Source of the DNA: Klebsiella phage HMGUkp2
DNA length: 64,000 bases
Reading direction: 5' to 3' (one strand)
Sequence record: PV683292.1
Of this stretch, positions 38,121-50,680 are shown in pieces. The position numbers and the translations under genes are program-made. Within the stretch, counting starts at the first letter, position 1, and each line of letters opens with the position of its first letter. The notes beneath the pieces were generated by a model that was given only the letters and a program-made list of their open reading frames with translations, had not been told where the DNA came from and searched no databases.

Positions 38121-39686
38121 TTACAGGCCCTTGACCCATACGCGCCGGAAGTAGGCGTTTTTACCAACGGAGTTAACGATGGACGGCATACCAGACTGAA
38201 TACGTGCACCAGGAGCTTGCAGTTTAGAATCAGCGAACGGGTTAATACCAATACCGTAGCGGGTTTTGAAGCCCATGACCGGCTGGAAGTTCTTAGGATC
38301 AGAACCACGCAGCGGGGTCAGCGCGACATACGGAGCATAGTAGATACCGGCATCCATTTCGTTGCTGCCTTTATAACCGATGGTGAAGTAGTCCTGCGGA
38401 GCATACTGGTCAATGTAGACGCGGTATTTGCCGCCAAGAACACCTGCAAACACGGATTTAGTGGTGTCAACGTTATAGCCTTTACCGAGGCCTTGAGCAG
38501 CATAGGTGATACCAGAATCGGTAGCAGCCAGCGCGTTTACAACGTTACGGGAAGCGATAATGAAGTTACCTTCACCGCGACCGGTCTGACGAGCGATTTC
38601 AGCAGATTCTTTGTCGATCTGGAACAGGAGAGCTTTAAAGCTTTCACCGGCCCAACGAGCGCCACGGATATCAATCGGATCCTGGAAGTCGAACACACCT
38701 GCTTTAGAACCAATGGTCTGGGTCATGCCGGTTTTACCAGGCTGAGCAGAGTAGTTGATCCAGTCAACAACTTCACGGTTGATTTCCAGCATAATTTCAG
38801 TAGCCAGAATAGAACTCAGTTCGGCGTCTGCATCCATACCATGAACAGCGCGCAGATCCTGTGCCAGTTCGATGGAGTATTGAGCTTTCAGCTGACGAGA
38901 TTTAGCTTCGATAACTTGCTTATCGATACGGAAGCCCATTTCGTTCCACGGGTTATCTTTCGAACCGTTGAAGCCTTCCTGCAGTTCAGCGATAGAAGTA
39001 GCCATACCTTCGGCCAGTTCAGCCAGTTTACCGGCTTCAACCAGACCCATAACAACTGCATCCAGTGCGGCGGCGTCAGCGGCAGCTCCCGGGGTTACGG
39101 TTTCAACAGCCTGGAAGTAAGCAATACCGGTTTCCTGGAATACATGCTTAACAATATCACCTTCGGTGATTTCAGTGCCTGCTTTAATTTCAGGGAATGC
39201 ACGACCCTGAGCAGTAGCACCCTGGCCTGAATACATTGCATCCGGAGCAAACATCGGATGGAAAGCTTCTTTAGCACCCGGTGCAATCGGATCTTTACCG
39301 TATACTGCACGCAGTGCAAATACCTGACCAGTCGGGCTGGACATCGGCTGAACGCCACAGATATCAAAAGCAATCAGATTAGGAATAGCACGACGAACCA
39401 TACCCATTACGGCCGGGCCGATCTGAGTGATAGCACCAGAGGTCTGGCCTGCTGCGATATTCTGAGCATCGTAACCGTGGTCACCGCCAATTTCTGCTTC
39501 GCTCAGGAAAGAACCAAAAGCTTCAGCAATTTTTTCGTCACGGAAAGCCGGTTCAGTCTGAATAGCTGCTTCCTGGTTTTCCATAATTTTTGCAATCAGT
39601 GCTTTCTTACCGGCGCCAACGATTTCCGGCAGACCTTCACCTTCAAGCAGCGGAGTCCATTTTTCTACGAGTTTGTTAGTTTTCAT
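38121..39686 (-). CDS. 23: major capsid protein
   Basis: 521 aa; extensive identity with T4 gp23 (KW.PLLEGEGLPEI, AQAFGSFL.EAEIGGDHGY.A.NIAAGQTSGA.TQIGPAVMGMVRRAIPNLIAFDICGVQPM.SPTGQVFALRAVYGKDP). Confidence 0.97.
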   Translation of the reverse strand: MKTNKLVEKWTPLLEGEGLPEIVGAGKKALIAKIMENQEAAIQTEPAFRDEKIAEAFGSFLSEAEIGGDHGYDAQNIAAGQTSGAITQIGPAVMGMVRRAIPNLIAFDICGVQPMSSPTGQVFALRAVYGKDPIAPGAKEAFHPMFAPDAMYSGQGATAQGRAFPEIKAGTEITEGDIVKHVFQETGIAYFQAVETVTPGAAADAAALDAVVMGLVEAGKLAELAEGMATSIAELQEGFNGSKDNPWNEMGFRIDKQVIEAKSRQLKAQYSIELAQDLRAVHGMDADAELSSILATEIMLEINREVVDWINYSAQPGKTGMTQTIGSKAGVFDFQDPIDIRGARWAGESFKALLFQIDKESAEIARQTGRGEGNFIIASRNVVNALAATDSGITYAAQGLGKGYNVDTTKSVFAGVLGGKYRVYIDQYAPQDYFTIGYKGSNEMDAGIYYAPYVALTPLRGSDPKNFQPVMGFKTRYGIGINPFADSKLQAPGARIQSGMPSIVNSVGKNAYFRRVWVKGL

Positions 39687-39706
39687 GTGTTAATAACCTT
39701 TTTAAA

Positions 39707-40525
39707 TTAAGAAATACGAGCCGCTGAAGCGACATATGCAGCCATCAGGCCACCGGATTGTTTAGGAGTTTCTTCGGGTTCTACAGCTTCGACAGTGAAG
39801 TTAAGACCCTCAGCATCTTTGTCAATAGTATTTATATCAGCACTTTCGACAATTGCTGAAGCTTCAGCGGAGGACTGTACCATTTCTACGATGGCGGCCA
39901 GTTTAGTACCGAATGCATCAGAATATTCCAAACCTTCAGTCAGAGAAATAACTTTCTCTTTCTGGGATTCAGTTAAGTCGCGGGTAGCTTCGTTCATAGC
40001 AGTTTCGCGTTGAACGTAATTGATATAAGCATCGCGCATGTTTACTTCTTCAAACAGACGCGCAGTTTCAGCTTTCTGTTCAGCGATTTCTTCTTGGAGT
40101 TCTGCAACAACATCTACAGCATCTTCCGGAACCACAACGTTATGTTCGACGAACAGATCTTTCAGACCGACAACCATGGATTCGAATAAGTCAGCTTTAA
40201 TACCACGATCTACAGCCAGTTTGTTTTCGGCAAGCCATTCTTTGGCGACGTGGTCGAGGAACTTAGCGGCAGATTCAGCGATTTTTTTCTCAGCTTTTTC
40301 TTCGGCTTTTTCCTTTTCTTCTTCGACTTTTTCTTCGGCCAGGGTGGCGATTTTTTCGATGTGAGATTCAGCCAGCTTTACAGCGGCGGCTTTTACAGCA
40401 GTTTCGTAAACAGTTTCAAACTTAGCCTTAACATCGGCAGACAGTTCAACTGATTCGAAAATGCTATCTAGTTCGACTTTAGCATCAATAGTCTGAGCTT
40501 CGGTCATCAGAAGTTCTTTAAGCAT
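39707..40525 (-). CDS. 22: prohead core scaffolding protein
   Basis: 272 aa (T4 269), highly acidic/K-E-rich coiled coil, synteny 21-22-23; late promoter 40555-40562. Confidence 0.8.
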   Translation of the reverse strand: MLKELLMTEAQTIDAKVELDSIFESVELSADVKAKFETVYETAVKAAAVKLAESHIEKIATLAEEKVEEEKEKAEEKAEKKIAESAAKFLDHVAKEWLAENKLAVDRGIKADLFESMVVGLKDLFVEHNVVVPEDAVDVVAELQEEIAEQKAETARLFEEVNMRDAYINYVQRETAMNEATRDLTESQKEKVISLTEGLEYSDAFGTKLAAIVEMVQSSAEASAIVESADINTIDKDAEGLNFTVEAVEPEETPKQSGGLMAAYVASAARIS

Positions 40526-40553
40526 TTTGGTGTCCTGTTGTTAAGTTACATTA

Positions 40554-41219
40554 TTATTTATAATGCTTTTCTAGGCTCTCGATTAGAGCGGTAAATGCTT
40601 TATCAGCATTCATCTTGGCAGTTTCTTCTACCTTTTCTGTAGACTCACGAATTTCTCGTGGTGCTACAAACGCATCTGGAGCTGAGGGACCCCAAACTGC
40701 ATCAACACCTACCGTCAGGCGAAAACCTTCTTGTACGATGTTATATCCTTTACCTGAATCTTTTAATGTGCCCAGGCCTCTACTAGACACTCCAGGAATC
40801 CATCCTGCTCGGATGTTAGCAGCCAATTTATCTCCCGGTCCGTGGTCACCTTCGATGACGCGTGCGCGACCATAAACGTTATTACCCTTCCACCACATAT
40901 CCTCAATAATGATAGCAGCTTGCATCGGGTCGACGTTTGCACGAGGAGGATGATTTAGTTCTCCTAATGACTGCTTAGTTTTAACTTGTTCGGTTATATA
41001 CCGGTCAATGGCACGCTCTAGGACAGCTTTCGGGTATAACCGTTTATTACGGTTTACCACTTCGGCTTGAAGGAAAATACCCTCAATATACAGCCCTGGC
41101 TTTAAACCGCTCGACCCGTCTGAAGGCTGTTCAAACGATTCGAGCATAGGTTTTCCATCAATGATTTCACCCGGTATTCCCCAGTTCTCAATTAAGAGTT
41201 GTTCATTGACGTTTGACAT
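40554..41219 (-). CDS. 21: prohead core protein protease
   Basis: 221 aa; matches T4 gp21 (QLLIE.WG.PGEIIDG.PMLES, LNHPPRANVDPMQAAIIIEDMWWKGN.VYGRARVIEGDHGPGDKLAANIRAGWIPGVSSRGLG). Confidence 0.95.
   Translation of the reverse strand: MSNVNEQLLIENWGIPGEIIDGKPMLESFEQPSDGSSGLKPGLYIEGIFLQAEVVNRNKRLYPKAVLERAIDRYITEQVKTKQSLGELNHPPRANVDPMQAAIIIEDMWWKGNNVYGRARVIEGDHGPGDKLAANIRAGWIPGVSSRGLGTLKDSGKGYNIVQEGFRLTVGVDAVWGPSAPDAFVAPREIRESTEKVEETAKMNADKAFTALIESLEKHYK
40555..40562 (-). promoter_or_regulatory. late promoter TATAAATA for gene 22 (overlaps gp21 stop)
   Basis: 29 nt upstream of gp22 ATG. Confidence 0.6.
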
Positions 41220-41644
41220 TAGCTCAGTCCTAGTGCTTGACGGCGTTTAATAGCTTTCTTTTGTTTGCGAATACCACGAGTTATTATGCTCGGGTTCGCC
41301 CGTTTAGATTTGACCGCTTTTCGAGCAATTTGACGACGCTTCGATTTAGAAAGACCTGTAGTTTGGTAAGCATTACGCTCGCGCGTTTTTCGGTCTTTAA
41401 GGCGGGTCACTTCACCGCGGCTATTGACGTGCTTAACGATAAATTCATTAAGTTGTATATCTTCATTGAGAGCACCCATTGCGATGGCCAGTTCGGTTTC
41501 GCTAGCCATCATGTTCTCTACAATTGTATTTATACCGTCTTTATCGAATGCTTTAGACAAATGGTCGATGCGGCCCTGAGCTTCTTGAATTTTGCTTTCA
41601 ACGTTCTCGATAACTAATTCGAAATTTTCAGGGAGTATCAACAT
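41219..41644 (-). CDS. 68: prohead core protein
   Basis: 141 aa (T4 gp68 141 aa); synteny. Confidence 0.7.
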   Translation of the reverse strand: MLILPENFELVIENVESKIQEAQGRIDHLSKAFDKDGINTIVENMMASETELAIAMGALNEDIQLNEFIVKHVNSRGEVTRLKDRKTRERNAYQTTGLSKSKRRQIARKAVKSKRANPSIITRGIRKQKKAIKRRQALGLS

Positions 41645-41904
41645 TATTCGTCGTCCTCATCATCGTCATCGTCGTCGCCTTCATCGGCGTCGTCATCATT
41701 TTTATTTTCTTTTTTCTCGTCATCGTCATCGGCGTCATCCTCCGAATCTTCTTCAGGTTCTTCGCCTTCGATCATGACTGAGCTTGCAATTTTGACTTTA
41801 AGCTCTTCAATTAAACTAGACGTCCGTTCTTGCAGCAGTGGAGCCACGGCTTTACGTACTGCAACGAGGTCGTTAGCCTTAATTGCTTCCATTAATTCTT
41901 CCAT
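41644..41904 (-). CDS. 67: prohead core protein with poly-acidic C-terminus
   Basis: 86 aa (T4 gp67 80 aa); C-terminal D/E run; synteny. Confidence 0.7.
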   Translation of the reverse strand: MEELMEAIKANDLVAVRKAVAPLLQERTSSLIEELKVKIASSVMIEGEEPEEDSEDDADDDDEKKENKNDDDADEGDDDDDDEDDE

Positions 41905-43472
41905 TAGAAGTCCTCTACATTTTCTGGGTCTTGGAAACGAGCCTCTTTAGACTCTAATTCAATTTGCTTAGCTTCTTGATCAATCTGTTCATCAGACATC
42001 TGCAAGAAAGTTTTCATGGCATACTGGTGAGAAATGTATTTCCCAATAAACGGTTCAGCCATGGTTAGCATATTGATTCTACGTTCCATCACTTCTGCAT
42101 CCTTCATTTCTGTGAAGTATGAGTCTTGGTGGAACACAACTTTAATATTATTTATCTCTTTATTCCACTCATCTTCTGTAATAACTTTCTTCAAAAGAAG
42201 ATTGGTTTTCAGAGGATCAAGCAGAATTTCTTCAAACTTATGTTGAAGATCTCGGATAAATTTACGGAAATCTAATTCTTCGCGAGTGATACCGGTTCCG
42301 GCATCGAACTGCACCCCACCTTGATTGTTAAGGTCCGGCATACGAGATAACGGAACACGAAGAGCCATATAAAGAGCTGCACGGAAATAACGTACATCAT
42401 CCATATCGCTCATATTAGTGGCACCCGGTAGGGTATCAACTTCTGTTACTGCTTTACCATCACGTCGTTGCAACCAATAGTCTTCAGTCATAGACATATT
42501 GTGCTGTTGGTTTTTAATTTTACCGGTAGAAGCGTCATATACAACACGATTTTTCATTGTGTTCATAATATGCTGCATATGTGCTGCCGCCTTACGAGAA
42601 GGCATATTCCCGGTATCAATATAAAAGATACGGCGGTCCGGTGCACGCGTGATACGGTAAATTACTAATGCATCTTCTAAGAGTTTAAGCTGGTTAGCAG
42701 GCTTAACTGCACGATGAAGATAACCGATAATGCTTTTACCACAGCAATCAACTAAACCTGAATGAGCATACGTAATAGCTGACCGCGGAATTTTAATCTT
42801 AGTGTTGGCAGAATAAACTTTGTTATTTACGCAGTAGCTTTCGTTAGCTGTATCGTAGATAAAGTATTCTTTATAGCCTTTAACGACTTTAACACCGGCT
42901 TCTTCTTTTGTGATTAGTTCACGAACATACTGAAGGTTACGTGGATCTAAACGACGAAGCTCTTTAATACCCTCTCTAGGGCGCTTAAGATCGATAATTT
43001 TATGGAAGAAGATGCGCGAGTCTACATACCAACGTCGGAAATGGTCACTACCTTTTCTTTCAAAATCAAGACAGTTCAAAATTTCTTTGAATTCGTCCAT
43101 CATTCGTTCTTTTATATTTGCACTAAAGTTGGTAGAGTCGAGATTTAAAGATACTACATCGTGACCATCTTCATAAACGATGGAATCCGAAATAATATCC
43201 TGGACTGCGTTATCTACTTCATAGTTGTTCATCAAACTACGGTAAGTATCAATAAGCTCACGAGTAGTTTTCATTCCCGGTAACTGCGTACCAAACATCA
43301 TTTGGTTAAACGCGTTATACGGGGCATCTTGCTCATTAGTTTCTACTTCATGAGCTCCATCATCGAATTTGGGTCCGGTAATGGATTCTAAATCGTCTCT
43401 AATTTGTTGTTTATATTCGGACTCATCGTGTTTTTCCCACGGAGCGAATAAACTTAGAATGTTGAAATTCAT
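41904..43472 (-). CDS. 20: portal vertex protein
   Basis: Near-identical to T4 gp20 over most of length; start set at ATG ([13 protein letters not shown]4 MKFNVLSLFAPW) 43472; ORF-track start 43484 is a TTG. Confidence 0.95.
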   Translation of the reverse strand: MNFNILSLFAPWEKHDESEYKQQIRDDLESITGPKFDDGAHEVETNEQDAPYNAFNQMMFGTQLPGMKTTRELIDTYRSLMNNYEVDNAVQDIISDSIVYEDGHDVVSLNLDSTNFSANIKERMMDEFKEILNCLDFERKGSDHFRRWYVDSRIFFHKIIDLKRPREGIKELRRLDPRNLQYVRELITKEEAGVKVVKGYKEYFIYDTANESYCVNNKVYSANTKIKIPRSAITYAHSGLVDCCGKSIIGYLHRAVKPANQLKLLEDALVIYRITRAPDRRIFYIDTGNMPSRKAAAHMQHIMNTMKNRVVYDASTGKIKNQQHNMSMTEDYWLQRRDGKAVTEVDTLPGATNMSDMDDVRYFRAALYMALRVPLSRMPDLNNQGGVQFDAGTGITREELDFRKFIRDLQHKFEEILLDPLKTNLLLKKVITEDEWNKEINNIKVVFHQDSYFTEMKDAEVMERRINMLTMAEPFIGKYISHQYAMKTFLQMSDEQIDQEAKQIELESKEARFQDPENVEDF

Positions 43473-43500
43473 TACTTTCTCCAATAATGATTCTTACTAC

Positions 43501-43508
43501 TATTTATA
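43501..43508 (-). promoter_or_regulatory. late promoter TATAAATA for gene 20
   Basis: 28 nt upstream of corrected gp20 ATG (43472). Confidence 0.6.
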
Positions 43509-43570
43509 TCGCTATTTCGTAGGATCATTCGCTTAAGAAATAGCGATAGGGCCCGAAGACCCTACCAGAA

Positions 43571-44062
43571 TTACAGCCACCAGTCAAGGGCAAAGGTAGC
43601 TTCAAATGTTTCAACTTCGTTATTGCTATCCCAATCGAGGGCAACTTCACCTACGTTGGTCGGCCAAAGGCCTACGATTTCGTGTTCATTAGTGACAGTT
43701 TTACCATCACGGGAGAATTGACGAACTTTAGCAGTTTTCTTATATTCAGCAGGGGTAGAACCTGTAATTTCATTACCCTGGGAATGAGCCATGGCAGCCC
43801 AAGCAATAATAGCTTTACGAACTTCATGAGCGTCATCGTTATAAATTGTGATAGTCCAATCGTCGAATGTACGGTCTCCGGCAATATTAATTTTGCGGTT
43901 CATATATCCAACAGGAACTTTTTCTACAATACCGGCAGGCATAGTAGCAGCTTTACACTGGAAGCTGAAGTTACGGCCAAGGAATGGGATTTCAACTTCA
44001 AACAGGTTAGGACGAGCGAAGTCACCGGATTCGAACGCTTTGGTGATGTCTGTAAGCTCCAT
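43571..44062 (-). CDS. 19: tail tube protein
   Basis: 163 aa (T4 163 aa); AFESGDFARPNLF.VEI..LG.NF.FQCKA...PAGIVEK.PVG.MNRKIN.AGDRTFDDWT matches T4 gp19. Confidence 0.95.
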   Translation of the reverse strand: MELTDITKAFESGDFARPNLFEVEIPFLGRNFSFQCKAATMPAGIVEKVPVGYMNRKINIAGDRTFDDWTITIYNDDAHEVRKAIIAWAAMAHSQGNEITGSTPAEYKKTAKVRQFSRDGKTVTNEHEIVGLWPTNVGEVALDWDSNNEVETFEATFALDWWL

Positions 44063-44065
44063 AAG

Positions 44066-44749
44066 TTATTGTTTCCTATCATATTTTTTGATTAAAAGGT
44101 TAAGTGTTTCTAGGTCAACACTATTTTTAGAATCTTTTTGTCGATTCTGTTCCCAAGGAATCATTTCAAGGTTGCAAATATGCCCAATTATTTCAGGTGG
44201 AATATTATTTTCGAACCCATATTTGATAGATACCTTATGGTCTAATTGGTAAGCTCCTTTAATACCGGACTTACCGGATAATTCAAAATTTGGCAATTCC
44301 TTTATTTGGTGTTTGAAATTCTTAAGGGTAAAAGAACGAACTTTATAGTAGTATTTTCTTTTATTATCCTTATTAGGATTCCACCTACCATTATTCGCGC
44401 CGCAGCATGCTTCAACCCTTACACCTTTCTTAGATTTAGAAATCTTAGGGCCTTTAGACTTTCTTATTTCTAATCCAATATCAGAATTCCAATATTTCTT
44501 TCTTTCTTTAGAATAAACTTCCCAACGGTGTTTCATACAAAATTTTATGTTGGTTTCATTAAGCTTAGCTTTAGTTACAGTATATTCTTCGGCACACTTA
44601 TCGCATTTACACGTCACACGAGTTTTGTCAGGACAATCTTCAAGTTTAATTAAATGCGGATTACCACTTTTGACATCGTATCCTAGCGATTTAAAAGAAG
44701 TAACGTTCCTATTTGTTATCGGAACTATAAAATGTGTACTAGTAATCAT
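44066..44749 (-). CDS. free-standing HNH homing endonuclease (Mob-like)
   Basis: 227 aa; HNH motif AYQLDHKVSIKYGFENNIPPEIIGHICNLEMIPWEQNRQK; Cys cluster (CKCDKC...C); inserted between genes 18 and 19, absent at this position in T4. Confidence 0.7.
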   Translation of the reverse strand: MITSTHFIVPITNRNVTSFKSLGYDVKSGNPHLIKLEDCPDKTRVTCKCDKCAEEYTVTKAKLNETNIKFCMKHRWEVYSKERKKYWNSDIGLEIRKSKGPKISKSKKGVRVEACCGANNGRWNPNKDNKRKYYYKVRSFTLKNFKHQIKELPNFELSGKSGIKGAYQLDHKVSIKYGFENNIPPEIIGHICNLEMIPWEQNRQKDSKNSVDLETLNLLIKKYDRKQ

Positions 44750-44754
44750 AATAC

Positions 44755-44762
44755 TATTTATA
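44755..44762 (-). promoter_or_regulatory. late promoter TATAAATA located 5 nt upstream of HNH ORF start (likely the ancestral gene-19 late promoter, now separated from 19 by the HNH insertion)
   Basis: exact motif; too close to HNH ATG for a normal leader. Confidence 0.45.
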
Positions 44763-44914
44763 GTGGCCCTGGAATCAGCCAGGGATAATTTAAATTGTGG
44801 TTAATATAATTTATTATCCTCTAAAAAGGATTCGCCTGGCGGCGTCCTACGGATTTATTGCTAAACCTGAAGCCATAGTATAATGACTTCAGGTCTTTCC
44901 GGTAGGTGATTATA

Positions 44915-46897
44915 TTATTGTTGAACACCAATCAGTTCATCAAAGTCTGCACCGGTTGCAGTAGCAACAAAGTTCAGAGTAATGAAGTTGATAGAACGAG
45001 CCGGCTTGATGTAGAACGACGCAACGAATTCATTACGATCGATGACCGCAGGGGTGTTGTTGGTAGTATCACAAACGACACGGAAATCATACACACCACC
45101 AAGAGCTTTAATGTTCGCTAAGTATTGACCTGTTTCCATACGGAACGAGGAACGAGTGAAGTTATCGTTCAACTCGAAGATTTGATACTTAGAACTATCA
45201 CCGATATTGGTTTTCAGCATGTTAAACAGACGACGAACGTTAATACGATCGAACGGAGTCGGAACCGTAGTAGCGGTTTTATCACCAAACAAGATGAAAC
45301 CTTCACCTGTACCTTGACCGATAACAGGGTTAATACCTACCTGATACATGCGATCACGCGCTGATTGACGAGGTTCAATAGCCAGTTTAATGCAGTTCAG
45401 GATCTGGCCGCGACGGTATCCAGCCGGAGACATCCAAGGCTGAGAAGTTGTGTCGGTACGAGCACAGAGACCTGCAATATCAGCAGCTAAAGGAACCCAA
45501 CGGTTAACGTCGTTATATTTATCGTATTGATACTTATAGTTACCGTCAATTGCTGCGTATGTGGTATTAATGTTCATGTTCGAATCGGTATAAGAACCAG
45601 TACCTTCACGCCAATCAATCAGATTGTCAACAGCACGCGTTAGCGGAACATTAACAAGAGCAGAACGAGGCGGAGAAATAAGAACTAAACAGTCTTGACG
45701 TTCATCGCCGATAGAAACGACGTGTTTCTGTACGGTAGAAGAAACTTCAGCTTCTTCACCGGCGCATGCACCAGCAATAAGCAGGTTAACACGCAGTGCT
45801 TCACGGTCACCAAACAGATCCCAACCTTTCATCAGATCCGCAGCAGTAACAGATTCATTAGCAGAAACGCCGCCATTTAACTGAATAATACCACTGAAAT
45901 CTTTAGGCCAGCCTTCTGAAGTAGCAAAAATGAACTTAGAAGAACCGTTGGCAAAATAATCATCCATAAAGATGTTATTACCGTACATATCCTTATCACC
46001 ACGTTTAGTGGATAGGATAACATTTTCTACTAAAGTCCCGTCACGGCGAACGATAATAGCATATTGATCTGGTGTTTGAGGGCCGTAGCCGAATACAGAC
46101 TTGGCCGTTGACGCGCGAGTACCACCACCCGGATACATATCTAACAGAGAAACTGCATTAGCATCGTAGGTAGCTTTAGAAACAATTTCTACTTCCAAAG
46201 TAGAACCGATTTCACCAGGATAAACCGCCACAACACCGGGCATACCATACTTAGATAGTGCAGTTTGGAAGGTAGTATTAGTTATTTTTTCATCGGCCGT
46301 TTCTGTATCGGTCAACAGAATACCAGAATCAACGATAATTTTACCTAAGCTAATACCGCCAGAAACGCCCGCAGAAGTTCCTGCGATTTCAACGGTCCAA
46401 GAACTGCCTAAATCTGGATACTGGTTGATGGATTTCGCATAAGCGATAATTTTTGCAGTCGGGATAAAGACCGAAATGATTTTACCGTCGGTGTCTACTT
46501 TAGTGATACGACCTTCTGTCTCAACATCCGTGGTCAGATATTTTACGGTCAGTTTATCACCTACAGAGTAGTTAGTACCTGCGGTATCAATTGTCCATTC
46601 AATGTTACCAGCGATTGGGCTTGCGTTTTTAGCAGCCTCTTCGTTTACAACACGTACGGTACGAAGATCGTTACCATACTGAAGGAAGTTCATACCGGAC
46701 ATAAAATAGTCAGCGGTCTGGTTGTTCGGACCACCAAACAGGTCAACAAGTTCTACTTCGTTAGTAACCTGAGTAACTTGGTATGCCGGGCCCCATTGAA
46801 ACTTACCAACTAATGCAGCACGACCTGTAGCGTTAATGACTACCGTGCTTTGGACGCTCGTTTCTTTGAGCTCAATTCCAGGAGAGATTAAAGCCAT
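44915..46897 (-). CDS. 18: tail sheath protein
   Basis: 660 aa; near-identical to T4 gp18 along full length. Confidence 0.97.
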   Translation of the reverse strand: MALISPGIELKETSVQSTVVINATGRAALVGKFQWGPAYQVTQVTNEVELVDLFGGPNNQTADYFMSGMNFLQYGNDLRTVRVVNEEAAKNASPIAGNIEWTIDTAGTNYSVGDKLTVKYLTTDVETEGRITKVDTDGKIISVFIPTAKIIAYAKSINQYPDLGSSWTVEIAGTSAGVSGGISLGKIIVDSGILLTDTETADEKITNTTFQTALSKYGMPGVVAVYPGEIGSTLEVEIVSKATYDANAVSLLDMYPGGGTRASTAKSVFGYGPQTPDQYAIIVRRDGTLVENVILSTKRGDKDMYGNNIFMDDYFANGSSKFIFATSEGWPKDFSGIIQLNGGVSANESVTAADLMKGWDLFGDREALRVNLLIAGACAGEEAEVSSTVQKHVVSIGDERQDCLVLISPPRSALVNVPLTRAVDNLIDWREGTGSYTDSNMNINTTYAAIDGNYKYQYDKYNDVNRWVPLAADIAGLCARTDTTSQPWMSPAGYRRGQILNCIKLAIEPRQSARDRMYQVGINPVIGQGTGEGFILFGDKTATTVPTPFDRINVRRLFNMLKTNIGDSSKYQIFELNDNFTRSSFRMETGQYLANIKALGGVYDFRVVCDTTNNTPAVIDRNEFVASFYIKPARSINFITLNFVATATGADFDELIGVQQ

Positions 46898-46926
46898 GAT
46901 TATTCCTCAAAGTGATTTGCTTTATC

Positions 46927-49243
<2,317 letters not shown>

Positions 49244-49251
<8 letters not shown>

Positions 49252-50044
49252 TTTGCCTCACTCCAGGAGGAACATCTCCTGACGGAATAGGAATATTTTG
49301 AGAATAACTTTGTTCATATGAACCATCCCATTCAGCAGATTCTATATGCCTAGGGACTACTTCTGTATCAACAGATTCAAAATTATCGTTGTGGGAAAGT
49401 TCTTTACTGTTTGCAAAGAAGTCCAAATAAATCGTTTTGATCTCACCTTCAAGTTCAGCAACAGGTGGATAAAGCCAGCCATTTACTTCAAACATAATAG
49501 ACCACTCAAGGCGACGTCTTGAATTAGCATCACCGTCAACCTGCTCGTCAGGCGCAATACTTTGAAGAACTATTTTGATATCACGCTTGAATTGGATATT
49601 GTTAGGATAAAGCTCGTGAATGGTTGTATTAAAGTGTGGCTGAAAATAAGGTAAAATTTGCTCGACAATCTGATACATATCATCTTGATGACGAGTATAG
49701 ATTCCAAGCTCAAAAATCATCTTAATAGGAGTAGGGTTATATTGTGAGACAGGAGTTTTACCGTCTTGAGTCTGAGATTTAGTCCTATTAAGCTGAGAAG
49801 TTTTAAAAGCTGCATTGTATTGCATATCTACTAAATGAAGATTCATTCTTGGGAGAATAGTTTCTATTTTTGCTTTATCTTCAGTAGATTGAACAGCTGT
49901 CCACTTATTAAGTTGCAACATAAATTTTTCTTTAGATGCATACGAAATAGGGACTTTAATATATTTAAGGCCTTTGTCATTGCGTAGACGTGCTACTTGG
50001 ACATGGGAAAACAAATCACCCATCAACACGATGTATCTACGCAA
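49244..50044 (-). CDS. 15: tail sheath stabilizer / tail completion protein
   Basis: 266 aa (T4 272); synteny 13-14-15-16. Confidence 0.8.
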
Positions 50045-50083
50045 GGACGAATTGTACCAGAAACCAAAAATAAACCACCCCCA

Positions 50084-50671
50084 TTAATCTTCTTTAAATT
50101 TACAGTTATTGTTATGCCATCTGTTAATTAGGTTATAAGGAACCATCTTGTGACAATGAGGACATTCCAGTTTTCTTTTTGGAACACCTTTTTGAGCCTG
50201 GCCAAATGATTTGGCGTGCTCTTTACTAAGCTTTTTACCTTTATGGGTTTCACTAATACGCCTTTTAGCATAATCGCCGTGGTGCTTGCCAAAGAATGAA
50301 TTTAGTTCACCTACCCTAGTTTTACCCCATTCAGATTTAACTCGTTTCATTTCTACACGGGCTTTTTCATATTTAGTTTTTAACTCATCTTCAGATAAAT
50401 CAAGATTTCTTCGCTCTGAGCTACTAAACATAATCCAAAAGGCCATGATCATTTTAGGATTTTTAGTTTTAGCCAATACTTCATGAGCTTCTAAATGGTC
50501 TAAAATGTCTAGAGAAACTATATTTTCTTGGCAAGATTCATATTCCGGAAATAAAGAACGAGGTAGAATATGATGCTTTTCGGTGTGTTTAGTTTTAGGT
50601 GGCCTGGTGACCACCGACAGATATTCATCTGCTAAATCACCAAGCCATAGTCCTACTTTATCCTTTATCAT
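50084..50671 (-). CDS. free-standing HNH-family homing endonuclease with C-terminal zinc ribbon
   Basis: 195 aa; HHILPRSLFPEY...N....D..DHLEAH resembles HNH_3-type nucleases; C-terminal CPHCHK...NNNC; inserted between genes 15 and 14. Confidence 0.6.
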   Translation of the reverse strand: MIKDKVGLWLGDLADEYLSVVTRPPKTKHTEKHHILPRSLFPEYESCQENIVSLDILDHLEAHEVLAKTKNPKMIMAFWIMFSSSERRNLDLSEDELKTKYEKARVEMKRVKSEWGKTRVGELNSFFGKHHGDYAKRRISETHKGKKLSKEHAKSFGQAQKGVPKRKLECPHCHKMVPYNLINRWHNNNCKFKED

Positions 50672-50680
50672 ATAGATTAT

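Noticed and set aside
38217-39230. 337-aa ORF on + strand
   Set aside because: Lies entirely antisense within the unambiguously identified major capsid gene 23. It has no RBS and its composition is low-complexity Thr/Ser/Phe-rich, typical of antisense frames.
43512-43548. 9-bp inverted repeat CGCTATTTC...GAAATAGCG upstream of gene 20
   Set aside because: Could be a terminator after gene 19 on the - strand, but it lacks a U-run and has a 19-nt loop. Left as an unassigned RNA structure rather than a called feature.
44840-44880. Possible sigma70/early-type promoter in the 7-bp stem-loop CCTGAAG...TATAAT...CTTCAGG
   Set aside because: No convincing -35 (GTTTAC/TTGACA) at the right spacing on either strand. 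Noted only as a PeSL-like remnant in the HNH finding.
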